Assembly (NCBI GenBank): GCA_965235115.1
Contig: OZ249436.1
Span: 29,700,001 to 29,764,000, forward strand
Direction of reading: 5' to 3'
DNA length: 64,000 nt
Origin: Laetmonice hystrix
Taxonomy: Eukaryota
Shown here: one piece after another, positions 36,640 through 49,121 of the stretch
Numbering within the stretch: position 1 is the first letter of the stretch
Layout of the letters: every line of letters begins with the position of its first letter
Program-made: the position numbers and the translations under genes
The notes under the pieces: generated by a model
Told to the model about the DNA's origin: nothing
The model's database searches: none
What the model saw: only the letters and a program-made list of their open reading frames with translations

Positions 36640-37399
36640 CTGCAACATGACCAAGAGTCAGTGTCAGAGCCTACAGCTTAACAAAGCAAAGGGTTGTCGT
36701 CACTAAGACAGATGTTGTGGTTGGTTCGAGTCAAACCTGATCTGGAAAATATGTAGCCCTGTGACAGAAGCTCTGATAATTTATCCTTTTCATCTTTTAA
36801 CATTAAAAACAGTAAACACGCACATTCTGCAATCCCAATGCCAGATCAGTTCACGTCTAAAAGGAGACCTGTGCCAAGACTGGAACACATAGGATTAGCA
36901 CCTATGGAAATATGTGTACGAACTGATGACGCCTCCTGAATAACTGAGCTGACCCTAAAATCAGGTTTCCTGGTTCAGGTCACATCTCTACATAGTCGTG
37001 CCAATTTCTCTAAAAAAATCATCACCAAAGCCTCCTATCATGAGTGAGTGATCATTTAGAGTAACAACATTCATGGCCTATTCTCACACTAGCCATTATA
37101 ACTACAGTATTATTATTCCGAAACAAGCATGATCACACTAAACTACCACTCCTACATTTATACTTCCTTTATTTCCTTATTTAAAACTCACAATGTCTCC
37201 ATTCGTATTTCACTAAACTTCTAGAATTTCAAAATCCTATAATACATTAAAAGGAAAAAAACCACATCACTTCATTTACAAATGCAATATATGTAAAAGC
37301 AGAGCATGCAGATTAGGTGTTCTCTTTGAGAGTGCTGACATTTTAGAACCTCCAGCATCAATCAGATTGAAGCCATGACACATGTATTCACACACAATG

Positions 37400-37672
37400 T
37401 TAATGGTTCTTCATGTGTCTCTTGAAATTGCTCTTGTCGGAGAAGGTGGCCAAACAGAGCTCGCACTTGAAGGGTTTCTCGCCAGTGTGAGTCCGTATAT
37501 GTCGCCTCAAATGAAAGGACCTCCCAGCCCCAAAGGATTTTCCACAAACAGGACACGTAAGCCCTTTGTCATGTGCTCCAGCTGTTGCCTGTCTGGATAT
37601 TTGGTCCCCAGATGGATAAAGCAATGAAGACTGGATCCATGCATCATTTGAAGTTTGGCCATGCTGTGTTGT
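37400..37672 (-). CDS. Variable terminal exon V15, 2 fingers
   Basis: tgttgcag|ACA ACA CAG phase 0; close paralogue of V14. Confidence 0.85.
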   Translation of the reverse strand, partial: TTQHGQTSNDAWIQSSLLYPSGDQISRQATAGAHDKGLTCPVCGKSFGAGRSFHLRRHIRTHTGEKPFKCELCLATFSDKSNFKRHMKNH

Positions 37673-38199
37673 CTGCAACATGACCAAGACTCAGCATCAG
37701 AGCCAACATCAAATGAGGAGAAAGCTGCTAGAACTCAGGTCAGAGTTACAACTTTTTTCCATGTACATTTCGTTTTGTAAATTTTTTCTTACCAGTTTAG
37801 AAATCCCATGCCTGTAGTCATTAAATCAAACTCAATGTATCTCCTAGCATGGTACTACAACAGCACTATGCTACAGATACACTAACACTCAACTCAAGTA
37901 TGTCACACAGGGTTAGGCTAGCAGCATGCTGCAACTATTTTGGCGAGTTCTGACTTCCATTTTGACTTCTTGGACTTTAACTTACATGTTATTCTATTAT
38001 AGGGCCTACACACAGAGATTTTGACTTATTTACGCTTCTGCACAACACCCTTGTCCATCAATTCTTTTGCAAATCAAGTTTCAATCAAAGACTTGCTGCT
38101 GAGATTTTACAAAGTGTCATATGGTGTCACCAACAAGGTTCATCGGAGGCTAAAGTGCCTTGTCTTAAAGTCTATGAACCACGGCTCGTTTCAAAATTT

Positions 38200-38472
38200 C
38201 TAGTGTTTTTTAACATGTCTCCTGCAGCTACTCTCATCTGTGAAGGTCTTCCCACAGAGCTCGCACTTGAAGGGCCTCTCGTCAGTGTGAGTCCGTATAT
38301 GTCGCTTCAAATGAAAGGACCTCCCAGACCTAAAGGATTTTCCACAGATAGGGCACGTAAGGCGTTTGTCACGTGCTCCAACTGTTGCGTGTCTGGATAT
38401 TTGGTCCCCAAAAGGATGTAACAATGAAGACTGGATCCATGCATCATTTGAAGTTTGGCCATGCTGTGTAGT
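38200..38472 (-). CDS. Variable terminal exon V14, 2 fingers
   Basis: tgttgcag|ACT ACA CAG phase 0; finger 1 has a 2-aa insertion. Confidence 0.85.
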   Translation of the reverse strand, partial: TTQHGQTSNDAWIQSSLLHPFGDQISRHATVGARDKRLTCPICGKSFRSGRSFHLKRHIRTHTDERPFKCELCGKTFTDESSCRRHVKKH

Positions 38473-38988
38473 CTGCAACATGACCAAGACTCAGCATCAG
38501 AGCCAACATCTAGTGAAGAGAAAGCTACTACAGCTCAGGTTAAGAGTTACCACTTCCCCCCTTACCTATTTCTTACACATTTATAAATTGCATGCTTGTA
38601 GTTGAATGTTAAATCAAGTTGAATGACTCCTCGCTTGGTACTATTAGCAGGATTAAGGTTGAGTTAGGTTGTTTGAAGGGAGATCAGATTTCCACTAACA
38701 TTTGACTCAAGTTTCAGTACGCCACACACGGCTGAGCGAGCAACTCCCTGCAACTTATCCTGAGAGTTCTGCTTTCCATTTTGATAAACGTTATCCTTCT
38801 TGGGCTTGAAATTACATGTTCATTTATTATCCACAAAGACTCATTAATTTTTCTGCTGCCACAGCCACTTTACATCACAAATTCGGTCAATAAGTTTGTA
38901 TAATCATGTCACCAACAAGGTTTGTCAGACCGAAATGCCTTGTCACATATGTCTCTGAACAAAGGCACGTTTCTGGACGAGCTTTTGT

Positions 38989-39264
38989 TCACAATTGCTG
39001 GTGTTTTTTACTGTGTCTCTTGCAGCTGCTTTCATCTGTGAACATCTTCCCACAGACATCACACGTGTATGGTTTCTCACCGGTGTGGATCCGTACGTGT
39101 CTCTTGAGGTTCTGTAACCTTTTGAAGGATTTAGCACAGATCTTACATCCATAATCCACTGCGGGATTGAAACTGGATTGGCTGCCAGTAATTATCCTTG
39201 AAGTCGGAAATCTAAACTCATCCTGGATCCACCCATCATTTGTTGTGTGGTCTTGATGTGTTGT
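38989..39264 (-). CDS. Variable terminal exon V13, 2 C2H2 fingers (TTQHGQTSNDxWIQ family)
   Basis: tgttgcag|ACA ACA CAT phase 0. Confidence 0.85.
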   Translation of the reverse strand, partial: TTHQDHTTNDGWIQDEFRFPTSRIITGSQSSFNPAVDYGCKICAKSFKRLQNLKRHVRIHTGEKPYTCDVCGKMFTDESSCKRHSKKHQQL

Positions 39265-40511
39265 CTGCAACATCACCAGCAGTCATAAGTCACAAGCTTC
39301 AATGATGTAAATTTCCAAATTTAATCACTTTGCAGAAAAAGCTTTGACAGGATTCTTTCCAGCAGTCTTCACCATCAGGGCTTCTTCTTCACAACTGCCT
39401 TATCCTTGGAAGCAAGTTTCCAAATGTCCTTAAAGCCTGCTTACAGAACGTATTGTTATTACAAATCTAAATATCATTGGTTTCCATTGATCTAAAAATC
39501 CATTAGATCATCCCCTTCTTAGCCAGACTCAGAGTACATTTATCTAAATGGGGTTATCACGAAAAGATTCCATTAGAATCGTGCACTTTTTACTTTGAAA
39601 GCTAAAGGCCAGGGTCATTTACACTAACTACTCAGTCATCTGACTCTGCGTTTTCCAAAAGAATTTCTAGAGAAAGAACAAATACGCTGCCTTGGCCTAC
39701 TCTACACAATGCATAATCGAGGGATATTTTGACAAAGCTTGGTTTGGAAACACGCCTTTTTAGGACAGAAATATAATGAGGACAAAGCTCGATACCTTTA
39801 ATTCTGAAGACCAATTTCAAGTCAACATTGTTGTGTTTGTAATCCGAACTTTATTACAATATCATTACTCCTCCTTCAACCTTAACATCAGAAACATTAT
39901 CCCGTTTCCATGCAAATCGATTCTGAGCACACCAGTGCCCTGATGTTAAAACTGAGAATTACGAGTCAACATTAATAAAAACATTTAAAAATACCAGTGT
40001 CCGATATCCTACTTTTCCCAAAATCTGCTTACTAAATATGTCTGATGATAATAATTATCTATAATTCATCTAAGTTTAGACCAACCATCAATTTGAAATA
40101 GATGCTTGGAGTGGTAGCAAAACAAAACTATTTGATAAAGATTGAATCTTCTCTGGTCTGAACTGACAGTGATAGCACAATCAATTAATATTGATGATAT
40201 CGCACTGGCAGAAGTAGCTTGAACAATATCTTACTGATTAGACCCCTCTCCCCCTGGCATACACACAGCAAACATATCTGTAGTAGAACCAGTGATATTA
40301 TTATACACACTGGGTGTCTCTGAAAGGTCTTTACTGAGAAAAACAAAATAAGACTGTGACCTTCCTTCAAAATGTCCAAGCAAGCATATAATATTCTTAA
40401 AAATAAATTTTTGAGGCACAAGAAAAATAGGAAGATGAGAGAATCACTCGACACATAGAGAGAACTGACAGAACACTACGAGGCAATATTTCAAACTGTC
40501 CATTTCATCAT

Positions 40512-40826
40512 TCACTGTCTTTCGTGGATTTTTTTATGTTGTCGGAAATTGTATGACCTATTGAAGGCTGCTCCACACACAGAACACGTAAACGGCTTTT
40601 CCCCGGTATGTGTCATGTTATGTCGCTGGAGATCCCCACTTCTAGCAAAGGCTTGGCCACACACGTTACACTGATGTCTTTTTTCTGTGTGATACACACT
40701 ATGAGCCTTCAACAGCTGTCTTGTTGTAAACGTTTTCTGACATATTTGGCACTGATACACGGTCGGATGAAGATCTGCCATTGACGGAGGCAGAAATAAG
40801 AGCCTTGTGCTGAACGGCTGATTTGT
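40512..40826 (-). CDS. Variable terminal exon V12, 3 C2H2 fingers
   Basis: ctgttgcag|ACA AAT phase 0; CQIC, CNVC and CSVC fingers. Confidence 0.85.
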   Translation of the reverse strand, partial: TNQPFSTRLLFLPPSMADLHPTVYQCQICQKTFTTRQLLKAHSVYHTEKRHQCNVCGQAFARSGDLQRHNMTHTGEKPFTCSVCGAAFNRSYNFRQHKKIHERQ

Positions 40827-41501
40827 CTGCAACAGGTCAAACGATTACCCGAGTCAGGACAGTGTCTGATAAATAAATGGACCCACATTATGAAGTAAGT
40901 CGTGCTACGTATTTCACAGCAGTCAACGTATCTTCACCATTTCGTAACATTAGCTTTGTCTCAAAAACTGTCACGACGTAGTCGTTATGGACCTCCCTGA
41001 TTTTGACAACGAACAACTGGTGTTACCAGAGATCATCAAGTTAACATCACTTCACACCATTGGAACTACAGTACGTGTCTGATTCCTCTCCGAAAACAGT
41101 GTCAACTTTTGATCGACGGGAAGAAACCTTGCTTGTATTCAACGCAACTCTGTGATAGTCACATCATTTTCAGATAATGCATGGTAAAACTGCACGTGGC
41201 ATTAGCATAAACTACATTTTATGCACTAACTTCAACATATATACACTGGTCTTCCTGAAACGTTATTTTGTTTCTTTAAAACTTGCATCTGGATTTAAAA
41301 CATCAGGCAAGCTTCCTAGCTGTAAACACTGGCAAGAATAAACCTAGAGCATCTCACTAAAGATGACAGTGATAAAAGAAATCCTGAATTTTAGCTATCA
41401 AAATTCTATCCATTCCGCTGCCATTGAGTCAAACTCAGTGTGTACAATCTCTCCATTGTAAAAGCTACCAATACTCTTCATTTATGCACATAAACATGAT
41501 C

Positions 41502-41855
41502 CTATGTGGCACTTTTAGAGTGCACTTTCATGTGCCTTTTCAAAGTGTGTGATCTGTTAAAACGGAGTCCACATATATCACAAGGGAATGGTTTTTCTCC
41601 TGTGTGCGTCATTAAATGACGCGTTAGATCCCCACTGAGTGTAAAAGTTCGACCACAATAATAACAATTTTTTTTTAGCACATTACATCTACTTTGGTGA
41701 TCAAGCAGCTCATCCCTTCGGCTGAAAGCCTGACCACACGAAGTGCATGCGAGATCATTTTGTTCAAGTTCACGCTGCCCCTGATACTGTATCGTGCTGC
41801 TCCTTTCTTCCTGGATCCAACAGGTATTCTGCTTCTGCCCATTGTCATAGGCAGC
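41502..41855 (-). CDS. Variable terminal exon V11 (not in ORF track because it lacks an early start codon)
   Basis: ccag|GCT GCC TAT; manual translation ...[63 protein letters not shown]; 354 bp. Confidence 0.88.
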   Translation of the reverse strand, partial: AAYDNGQKQNTCWIQEERSSTIQYQGQRELEQNDLACTSCGQAFSRRDELLDHQSRCNVLKKNCYYCGRTFTLSGDLTRHLMTHTGEKPFPCDICGLRFNRSHTLKRHMKVHSKSAT

Positions 41856-42524
41856 CTGGAAGAAGCCAAAAAGTATTTCGTGACTAATTGGGTCAAACTC
41901 TATGCTCTATTATATCAATAACGACTTGCTTTCAATGGTTCAACCGTCACTCATCGAAGTATGCCACAAAATGACAGGACATCACCTCTTTGATCCACAT
42001 CTCTGTTCTACTTGATCGCAATAAGTTAAAATCAATGTCTATTCATTTCAGACACAAATTTATATACGACACATTAGAAAAATAGTCAAGTAGACCACAC
42101 TGGCTAATGACTCGCTTATCTCTACTGACTGTGGGGCCCAAAACACATCTTTCCTTTGGCATGATATCTAAACAAAACCTTACAGATGCTCCACCCTCCG
42201 ACCATACTCTGGTAAACAGAAGCAATTCCTATGTATGGATTGAACTGTTTGAATAAGCCGGACCTGAATCAACCCTGTCCGGTAATATTCTAATTCTGCA
42301 GCACGAATTGAAGTTCCTCCATTTGGATGAAAGAATCAAGAACATGCCAGAGACACACTGAAGTAATGATTCAGTTCTGATTTCCTTCTCCCAAGCATTT
42401 ATAAACGACTTTCAATCTACAAAATAGATCTACGATTCATGGTTAGACTTTTTTTGTGGGAAAATTCAAAGCAGTCACTGGGTCAAACTTGACGTACTTT
42501 TGTTTTCCAGTATTTATAGAGACT

Positions 42525-42878
42525 TTATTTCACATTTCTGGAATGCACTTTCATATGTCTTTTCAAAATATGTGATCTGTTGAAGCGGAGTCCACAGATT
42601 TGGCATGGGTATGGTTTTTCCCCTGTGTGCGTCATTAAATGACGCTTCAGATCCCCACTGAGGGTAAAGATTCTTCCACAAAACAAACAGATTTTCTTCA
42701 ACACATTACATGTACTTTTGTGCGTGAGCAACTCTTCCCATTGGCTAAAAACTTGACTACATGAAGTACACATGAGTTCATTTTGTTCAAGTTCACGTTG
42801 CCCCAGATACTGTATCGTGCTGCTCCCGTCTTCCTGGATCCAACAGGTATTCTGCTTCTGCCCATTGTCAAAGGCAGC
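42525..42878 (-). CDS. Variable terminal exon V10 (AAFDNGQKQN)
   Basis: Same acceptor and 354-bp length as V8. Confidence 0.88.
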   Translation of the reverse strand, partial: AAFDNGQKQNTCWIQEDGSSTIQYLGQRELEQNELMCTSCSQVFSQWEELLTHKSTCNVLKKICLFCGRIFTLSGDLKRHLMTHTGEKPYPCQICGLRFNRSHILKRHMKVHSRNVK

Positions 42879-43407
42879 CTGGAAGAAGCCAAAAGGTATT
42901 CCGTCACTAATTGGGTCAAACTCTCCCTCCTGTCATATATGTCATGATATATTTCAGTTTCATTTAATAGTCAAAGTATATAGACGATGCGGTCACCTTT
43001 GGAAATGTCTCTCTTGCAATTCCAACCTGCTAGCAACAAGCAATGATGATGTTCTTTTTTATTTAGAGACCAATTGACCAAGGTCGCACACAGACAAGCC
43101 CAAAATCATCGAGACCACCTTCCCCAACTTTTCCAGTCCTGACCTATTCTGCTGATTCTGTCCCAAGGATTAACCTTCCTTCTCAACCACCACCTGTTCA
43201 TAATCTTCATTTCACAGCTAATGAGGTCTAGAAAATGGTTACGTATTCAATTTTCATCAGCATGGAATTTCAAATCTGCACACTTGAGGCAAAAAATATT
43301 GCTTAAACTACCTTGTATATGAAACACAGAAACTTATCAACATGCATTCCTTCTACAAAGGCCACAAATGCTGTTACGGCGTTATAACGCAGGCTATGGC
43401 TATGTAA

Positions 43408-44764
43408 AGGCCCAGATACACAGACCGATTTATGGATGATTTTAAGATACGGCAGACGGGGAGGCTTCTAATTCACCCTTCGTCCGTCCGTGGACAACGA
43501 CACCTGACTAACGATTGCACCAAACCTCTTCATATTTTAACACAAGATCAGGTACCTTCGTAGCATGATGCACGTCAAAGGATTTTTTTATATCGTTCAA
43601 AATGGCCGCTTAGCAGCCATCTTGGAAATAAACACATTTGGAGCAATAACTCAGACAAAACGATCTCGATTGCTTTCAAATTTGGTGGAAAGAAGATGCA
43701 TATGAGGGGCAATATATATGCCAATGTATTCCCAGATCAGGGCAAATATGGCAAAAGGCGGCCATATTAATATTTTTACCCCTCCCCCAAATAATACTGT
43801 TTTGGCTCACGTCTCGAAAACGGTGCAAGATAACGTAATAGTTAATATTATTGATAGATAGGAAGTCATATATGAAGTTTCGTTTGGCGCCATTTTCTAT
43901 GACCTTGAGCGACCTTGAAAGGTCAATCAAGGTCATGCATATTTTCAATAGCCTGGATCTTTAAAACAGTTGAAGATAAGGACATAATCTTGCATGAAAC
44001 ATTACATAATGACCAAGGAGAGTCCAAGGATGACGCAGGTCAAAGATATTTTTGACATCACTCAAAATGGCCGCTTGGCAGCCATCTTGGATATAAACAC
44101 ATTTGGAGCAATAACTAAAACGATCAGCATTTCTTTCAAATTTGGTGGAAAGACGGTGCATATGAGGGGCAATGTATATGCCAATGTATTCCCAGATCAG
44201 AGCAAATATGGTGACATGGCGGCCATATTAATATTTTTACCCCCCCCCCAATAAAACTGTTTTGGCTCATATCTCGAAAACGGTGCAAGATAAGGCAATT
44301 TAGTTACTATTATTGACAGATAGGAAGTCATATATATGAAGTTTCATTTGGCGCCATTTTCCATGAGCTTGAATGACATTGAAAGGTCAAGCAAAGTCAT
44401 AGATATTTTTAATGGCCTGTACCTCCAAACCAGTTGAAGATAACATCTAATTTTGCATGAAACATTACATAATAACCAGGAACAGTCTAAGGAGGACACA
44501 GGTCAAACATATCATTAAAAATGGCTGCTTGCTGGCCATCTTGGATATAAAGAAATTTGAAGCAATAACTCCGACAACATTTTTTGGATTTCATTCTTGG
44601 TGACAGAACGCATGAGGGGCAACAAGCATGCCAAAAGTACGCACAGTTCCTGGACTCACAGAGGGATGCGACTCCTACGGGGTCTTGTTCTATATAGTTT
44701 TCCTATGGAGAAAAGTCAGCCGTATCTCAAAAACGGCTATAAATCAGTCAGTGTATCTGGGCCT
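43408..44764. mobile_element. PIF/Harbinger-like MITE carrying an internal repeat with ~470-bp tandem units
   Basis: ~50-bp imperfect TIRs starting AGGCCCAGATACAC; TAA on both sides; internal units at ~43600-44060, ~44065-44515 and a partial third; absent from the paralogous spacer near 45790. Confidence 0.75.
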
Positions 44765-44946
44765 TAACACAAGGTAGCAATTCCATGGCCCCGTATTCAA
44801 AAATCAGAAAAACTAAACTTTCAATTTTCACTTTATTTAATGTTATATGAACAAAACAGCTTATAATATTCCAGTTTAGTTCACCTCATTTGAGAAAACG
44901 TCCCACACACAATTCAGTGAACCATTCAGTCCTATTCATCCTACTA

Positions 44947-45300
44947 CTACTTCACACTTTTAGCGTGCACTTTAAAATGCCTTTTCAAATTGTGTGATCG
45001 ATTGAAGCGGACACCACAGATATGGCAGGGGAATGGTTTTTCTCCTGTGTGAGTCATTATGTGACGCTCTAGATCCCGTCTGAGGCCAAAAATTCGGCCA
45101 CACGTAGTACACGTCTTCTTGTAGACGTCACATGTGTTTTGATGAACAAGCAACTCATCCCTTAGGCTGAAAACCTGACTGCACGAAGTGCATACAAGTT
45201 TATTTTGTTCAAGTTCACGTTGCCCCAGATACTGTATGGTGCTGCTCCCGTCTTCCTGGATCCAACAGGTATTCTGCTTCTGCCCATTGTCATAGGCAGC
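44947..45300 (-). CDS. Variable terminal exon V9 (AAYDNGQKQN family)
   Basis: Same acceptor and 354-bp length as V8; frame open from the acceptor. Confidence 0.88.
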   Translation of the reverse strand, partial: AAYDNGQKQNTCWIQEDGSSTIQYLGQRELEQNKLVCTSCSQVFSLRDELLVHQNTCDVYKKTCTTCGRIFGLRRDLERHIMTHTGEKPFPCHICGVRFNRSHNLKRHFKVHAKSVK

Positions 45301-45909
45301 CTGGAAGAAGCCAAAAGGTATTGCGTCACTAATTGGGTCATACGCTCCCTTCTCTCATATTTGCAGTTTGGTTACATAGTCATTCAGCTATGCTACAAGG
45401 AGATGAAAGGTCATCTTTTGAAGTGTCTCTCTTGCAATTCCAACCTGCTAGCAATGATCAATGATCCTTTTCCTTAAGAGACCAATTGCCCAACATCACA
45501 CAGAGACAAGCCCATGGAGAACACCTTTCCCAATTTCTCCAGCCCTGACTTATTCATCTCATTCTTTCTGAAGGATTAACTTTCCTTCTCAAGCTCCACT
45601 TGGGCATAGTTTTGCCAGCTAATGAAGTGTAGAAAAGGTTATGTATTCAATTTCCATCAGAAAAGAATCGAGTGGCTGCAAAAATATTGGTTAAAAGTTA
45701 CCCCTTACACATAAAATACATAGACTTATCAACATGTCCTTTTACAAAGGTTACATACTGTTATGGCTTTGTACCACAGGCTACATAACACTAAAGACCA
45801 ATTCCAAGTCAAGCCTACCTAATTTAGAAATCAGAAACATCACATTATTCTGATATAGGTCTTCTCATTTTAGATAACAGTACTGCCTTTCAGTCAGATT
45901 GTAATCGTC

Positions 45910-46263
45910 CTACTTCACACTTTTAGAGTGCACTTTCAAATGCCTTTTCAAAATGTGTGATCTATTGAAGCGGACACCACAGATATGGCAGGGGAATGGT
46001 TTTTCTCCTGTGTGAGTCATTATGTGACGCTTTAGATCCCGTCTAAGGCCAAAGATTCGGCCACACATAGTACACATCTTCTTGTGCACATCACATTTGG
46101 TTTGATGAGCAAGCAACGCATTCATTTGGCTGAAAACCTGACCACACGAACTGCATAAGAGTTCATTTTGTTCAAGTTCACGCTGCCCCAGATACTGTAT
46201 GGTGCTGCTCCTGTCTTCCTGGATCCAACAGGTATTCTGCTTCTGCCCATTGTCATAGGCAGC
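45910..46263 (-). CDS. Variable terminal exon V8, C2HC plus 2 C2H2 fingers (AAYDNGQKQN family)
   Basis: cttcttccag|GCT GCC phase 0; 354 bp. Confidence 0.88.
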   Translation of the reverse strand, partial: AAYDNGQKQNTCWIQEDRSSTIQYLGQRELEQNELLCSSCGQVFSQMNALLAHQTKCDVHKKMCTMCGRIFGLRRDLKRHIMTHTGEKPFPCHICGVRFNRSHILKRHLKVHSKSVK

Positions 46264-47251
46264 CTGGAAGAAGCCAAAAGGAATTGCATCACTAATTTGG
46301 GTCATATGCTCCCGTTTCTCATATCGATTACAAAATTAGATTTGCCACCCAGACAGGTAAAATTAAGAGAGTGAAGTGCATTGTGTCATAATCCTTTATT
46401 TCACCAATTGCTGTAGAATCATATAAATCACATCTTTCTTACAGATTAACTTTAAATGCTATATTGTTATGTTCTTATTGACGGCAACCTGACAGATATA
46501 AATATCCAGCTGACAGAATAAGAGTACGAGATGTGCAACACAGGCAAGAGATATGAATGTGAATAATAACTGAACAGATGTATGAACTGGCAAAAGTTGT
46601 GGAAATCCAGACCTAGACAGAATCCTAGCTATTCACCCCCCCCCACCCCCCTCACTAATTATTTTCTCAACAGAATTATACAAATCCCAAAACCTTATGC
46701 AGGGATGTCAAAGTTTCGAGTAGCAGGGTACAGGGCCTAAAGTAGGAGGGTGCAGAAAATACGGACAAAGCCTGTATCCTTGCACCTAAGGGCGTGGGGC
46801 ATTTTGTAAATTTTGAAAAACAAGACTCAGAAACATGTGCATTTTCCAGGCATCTGAGGGACAGTTTTCTACCCAGGAAACACATCAGAAAAGGTCTGCT
46901 TTCTATTCTCGGTTTAAAAAGTTGGGCCAGTTGGCAGGGATCTTTTGTGGGAGTCCAGGCCTTATTTTACTGAATTTGGGCTAATCCGGATAATTTTGAA
47001 AAACTAGACTCTCTGAGGTGCATTTCAAGGTAGAGAAAAATGAAAACGTTGACATTTTTTTGTCATTCTGCAAAAAGTAGGCGGGGGCAAAAGCCGTTCT
47101 GGAAGGCTATTTGCTGCTGGTCACCGGCTACTATTAACAGCTCTGCTTATGGTGAAAAAGATAGAATCCCGCCGATTGGCAGAAAAATCTCATACTTGGA
47201 GCCTGCAGCCTGATTGGAAAGTTTACCCGGCTTACGGGTTCCACCTGTGAC

Positions 47252-47614
47252 TCAGTGGAATTTTTTATGTCGTTTTAGGCTATCAAATCTGGTGAACTTC
47301 TGTCCGCATACTTCACAGGAAAAGGATTTTTCTCCTGTGTGTGTTGTGATATGCCTTTTCAGTTCACTGTCATAGTTAAACCATCGCCCACACATAAAGC
47401 ACATTTTCTTTCTCTTACATTTTAATGTGTGCCCAAACCAGTCTTTCCTTGCCCTGAACACCAATTTACACTTTGGACACTGGAAGCTGTTGCAGTCTGA
47501 ACTATTGTTTTGCAGCTTTTGTTGACCAGGATCTGATGTGATGATAGGCCTACACCCATTGCCGTGGCCCTGACCAGTTTTGAAATGCTCCGCACTGTGA
47601 TACAAGTGGCCATC
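47252..47614 (-). CDS. Variable terminal exon V7, C2HC-like finger plus 2 C2H2 fingers
   Basis: cttcttccag|GAT GGC phase 0; CPKC..HTLKC, CFMC..HITTH, CEVC..HKKFH. Confidence 0.85.
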   Translation of the reverse strand, partial: DGHLYHSAEHFKTGQGHGNGCRPIITSDPGQQKLQNNSSDCNSFQCPKCKLVFRARKDWFGHTLKCKRKKMCFMCGRWFNYDSELKRHITTHTGEKSFSCEVCGQKFTRFDSLKRHKKFH

Positions 47615-47979
47615 CTGGAAGAAGCCAAAAACAAGTGTCACGGTGTTGGAAAATAAGCATTAACCAGCATGCAACCATTGGGCAAGAGGGATCAAGCAAT
47701 GCCCATACCTGGATAGAGATGGGTTTGTCAAATTGCCGAAGATACACTTATTCTACATAAAATACACAACTCGCTAGAATACGCCTATAGATCATGTATG
47801 GCAATGCCTTCCAACCTGGAATATGTCGTTTGGTCAACTGTGCAAACCTTGCAGCAAGTTGTGCTGTCCTTCATGCCAAGACATGGATGAAATTACCATG
47901 GCTAGGAACCCATTTAAAAAGCCTCTATGAGTCAATAGGTTCCATTAGCCCAACATAATCCTCCTTGCAACGGAAAAGA

Positions 47980-48297
47980 TCACGACGCACTGTGATGGGG
48001 AACGGCTTCAGTGGCATGCATACACATGTGTGTTTTGAGACTGTCTGATCTTGTAAAGGCCGCATCACAAATGTGACACTGGAAACGCCTATCTCCCGAA
48101 TGGAGTTTCATGTGTCTTTGCAAGTTTCCACGTTGAGAGAATCCTTGGCCACACACATCACACTTGAAGGTCTTTCCCATATGGCCTTGACTGTGCTGTT
48201 TTAGAAGCTGTTTTTGACTGAAGGACTTTCCACAAATGTCACATACAAACTTTGTCTGCTGCATTCTCCAGCTGTAGATGAAGCCCTGGTTCAATGC
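47980..48297 (-). CDS. Variable terminal exon V6, 3 C2H2 fingers
   Basis: ttcttacag|GCA TTG AAC phase 0; CDIC, CDVC and CHIC fingers. Confidence 0.85.
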   Translation of the reverse strand, partial: ALNQGFIYSWRMQQTKFVCDICGKSFSQKQLLKQHSQGHMGKTFKCDVCGQGFSQRGNLQRHMKLHSGDRRFQCHICDAAFTRSDSLKTHMCMHATEAVPHHSAS

Positions 48298-48629
48298 CTG
48301 TAAGAACCCAAAATATGTTGTCAGTACCTCTCGCTATCCTGTACAACACATTCTATTTACTGACTCCTTTGAATCTATTTCTTGTCACTTTCCCGTTCAG
48401 ACATCACACAAAAATTATCTCCCTAAAGCAGTTATTCTGCCATACCATTTGTTTAACTAATGTAAACATGACATTTCCCGGAGTTTGCCCTGGAAGATAA
48501 ACCAGAACTTTTTGACCGAGACACCTGTCCATTTTATTGTCAGTTGCACAACTAATGCAGCCTGAGTTTACAACCACTCACGTGCACTAACACGTACCAG
48601 TGAAAATGGTCTAACGTATGCAGAACATG

Positions 48630-48837
48630 TATACATGTACATACATGGCACCTAAAATGTCTTTCACCAGAATGAAACTTACTGCACACATCAAAGTTTT
48701 TCAGAGATGACTTCGGCTCTGCTGCTTCAGAAGTTGGTTGCTACTGAAGCTTTTCTGATATTTATGTCACATACAAAGTGTTTCTGATGTAATATCCATT
48801 AATATCCATCTGGGGAGTCAAGATTCTTGTTTATTGC
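48630..48837 (-). pseudogene. Decayed variable exon, paralogue of V6
   Basis: gtttcag|GCA ATA AAC; fragments HFVCDI / KSFSSNQLLKQQSRSHL* / HSGERHFRCHVC align by eye to V6 but contain stops, frameshifts and a deletion; lower boundary approximate. Confidence 0.7.
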
Positions 48838-49121
48838 CTGAAACAACCTGTATTATCTTGTCAGTCACTGCTGGACACTTCATTTTGAAAACATTCTTTT
48901 GTCTGTTTCCTAAACTGTACACTCGTGCATTAACGTTGAGAGGTAGCGACTCTTTTAATCAAGTTACCCTTTCGAAACAATAGCGCCTCTCTCTGTAACT
49001 GAGCAAGCACATGTTCCCTTGTTGTGTATCTCGTTCCAGGCCAGTTGCATGCTTAATTCAAACAATAATAAATTAACAGGATATTGCAGACAGAGCGTTG
49101 CACGAAAGAATCTCTCATTTT

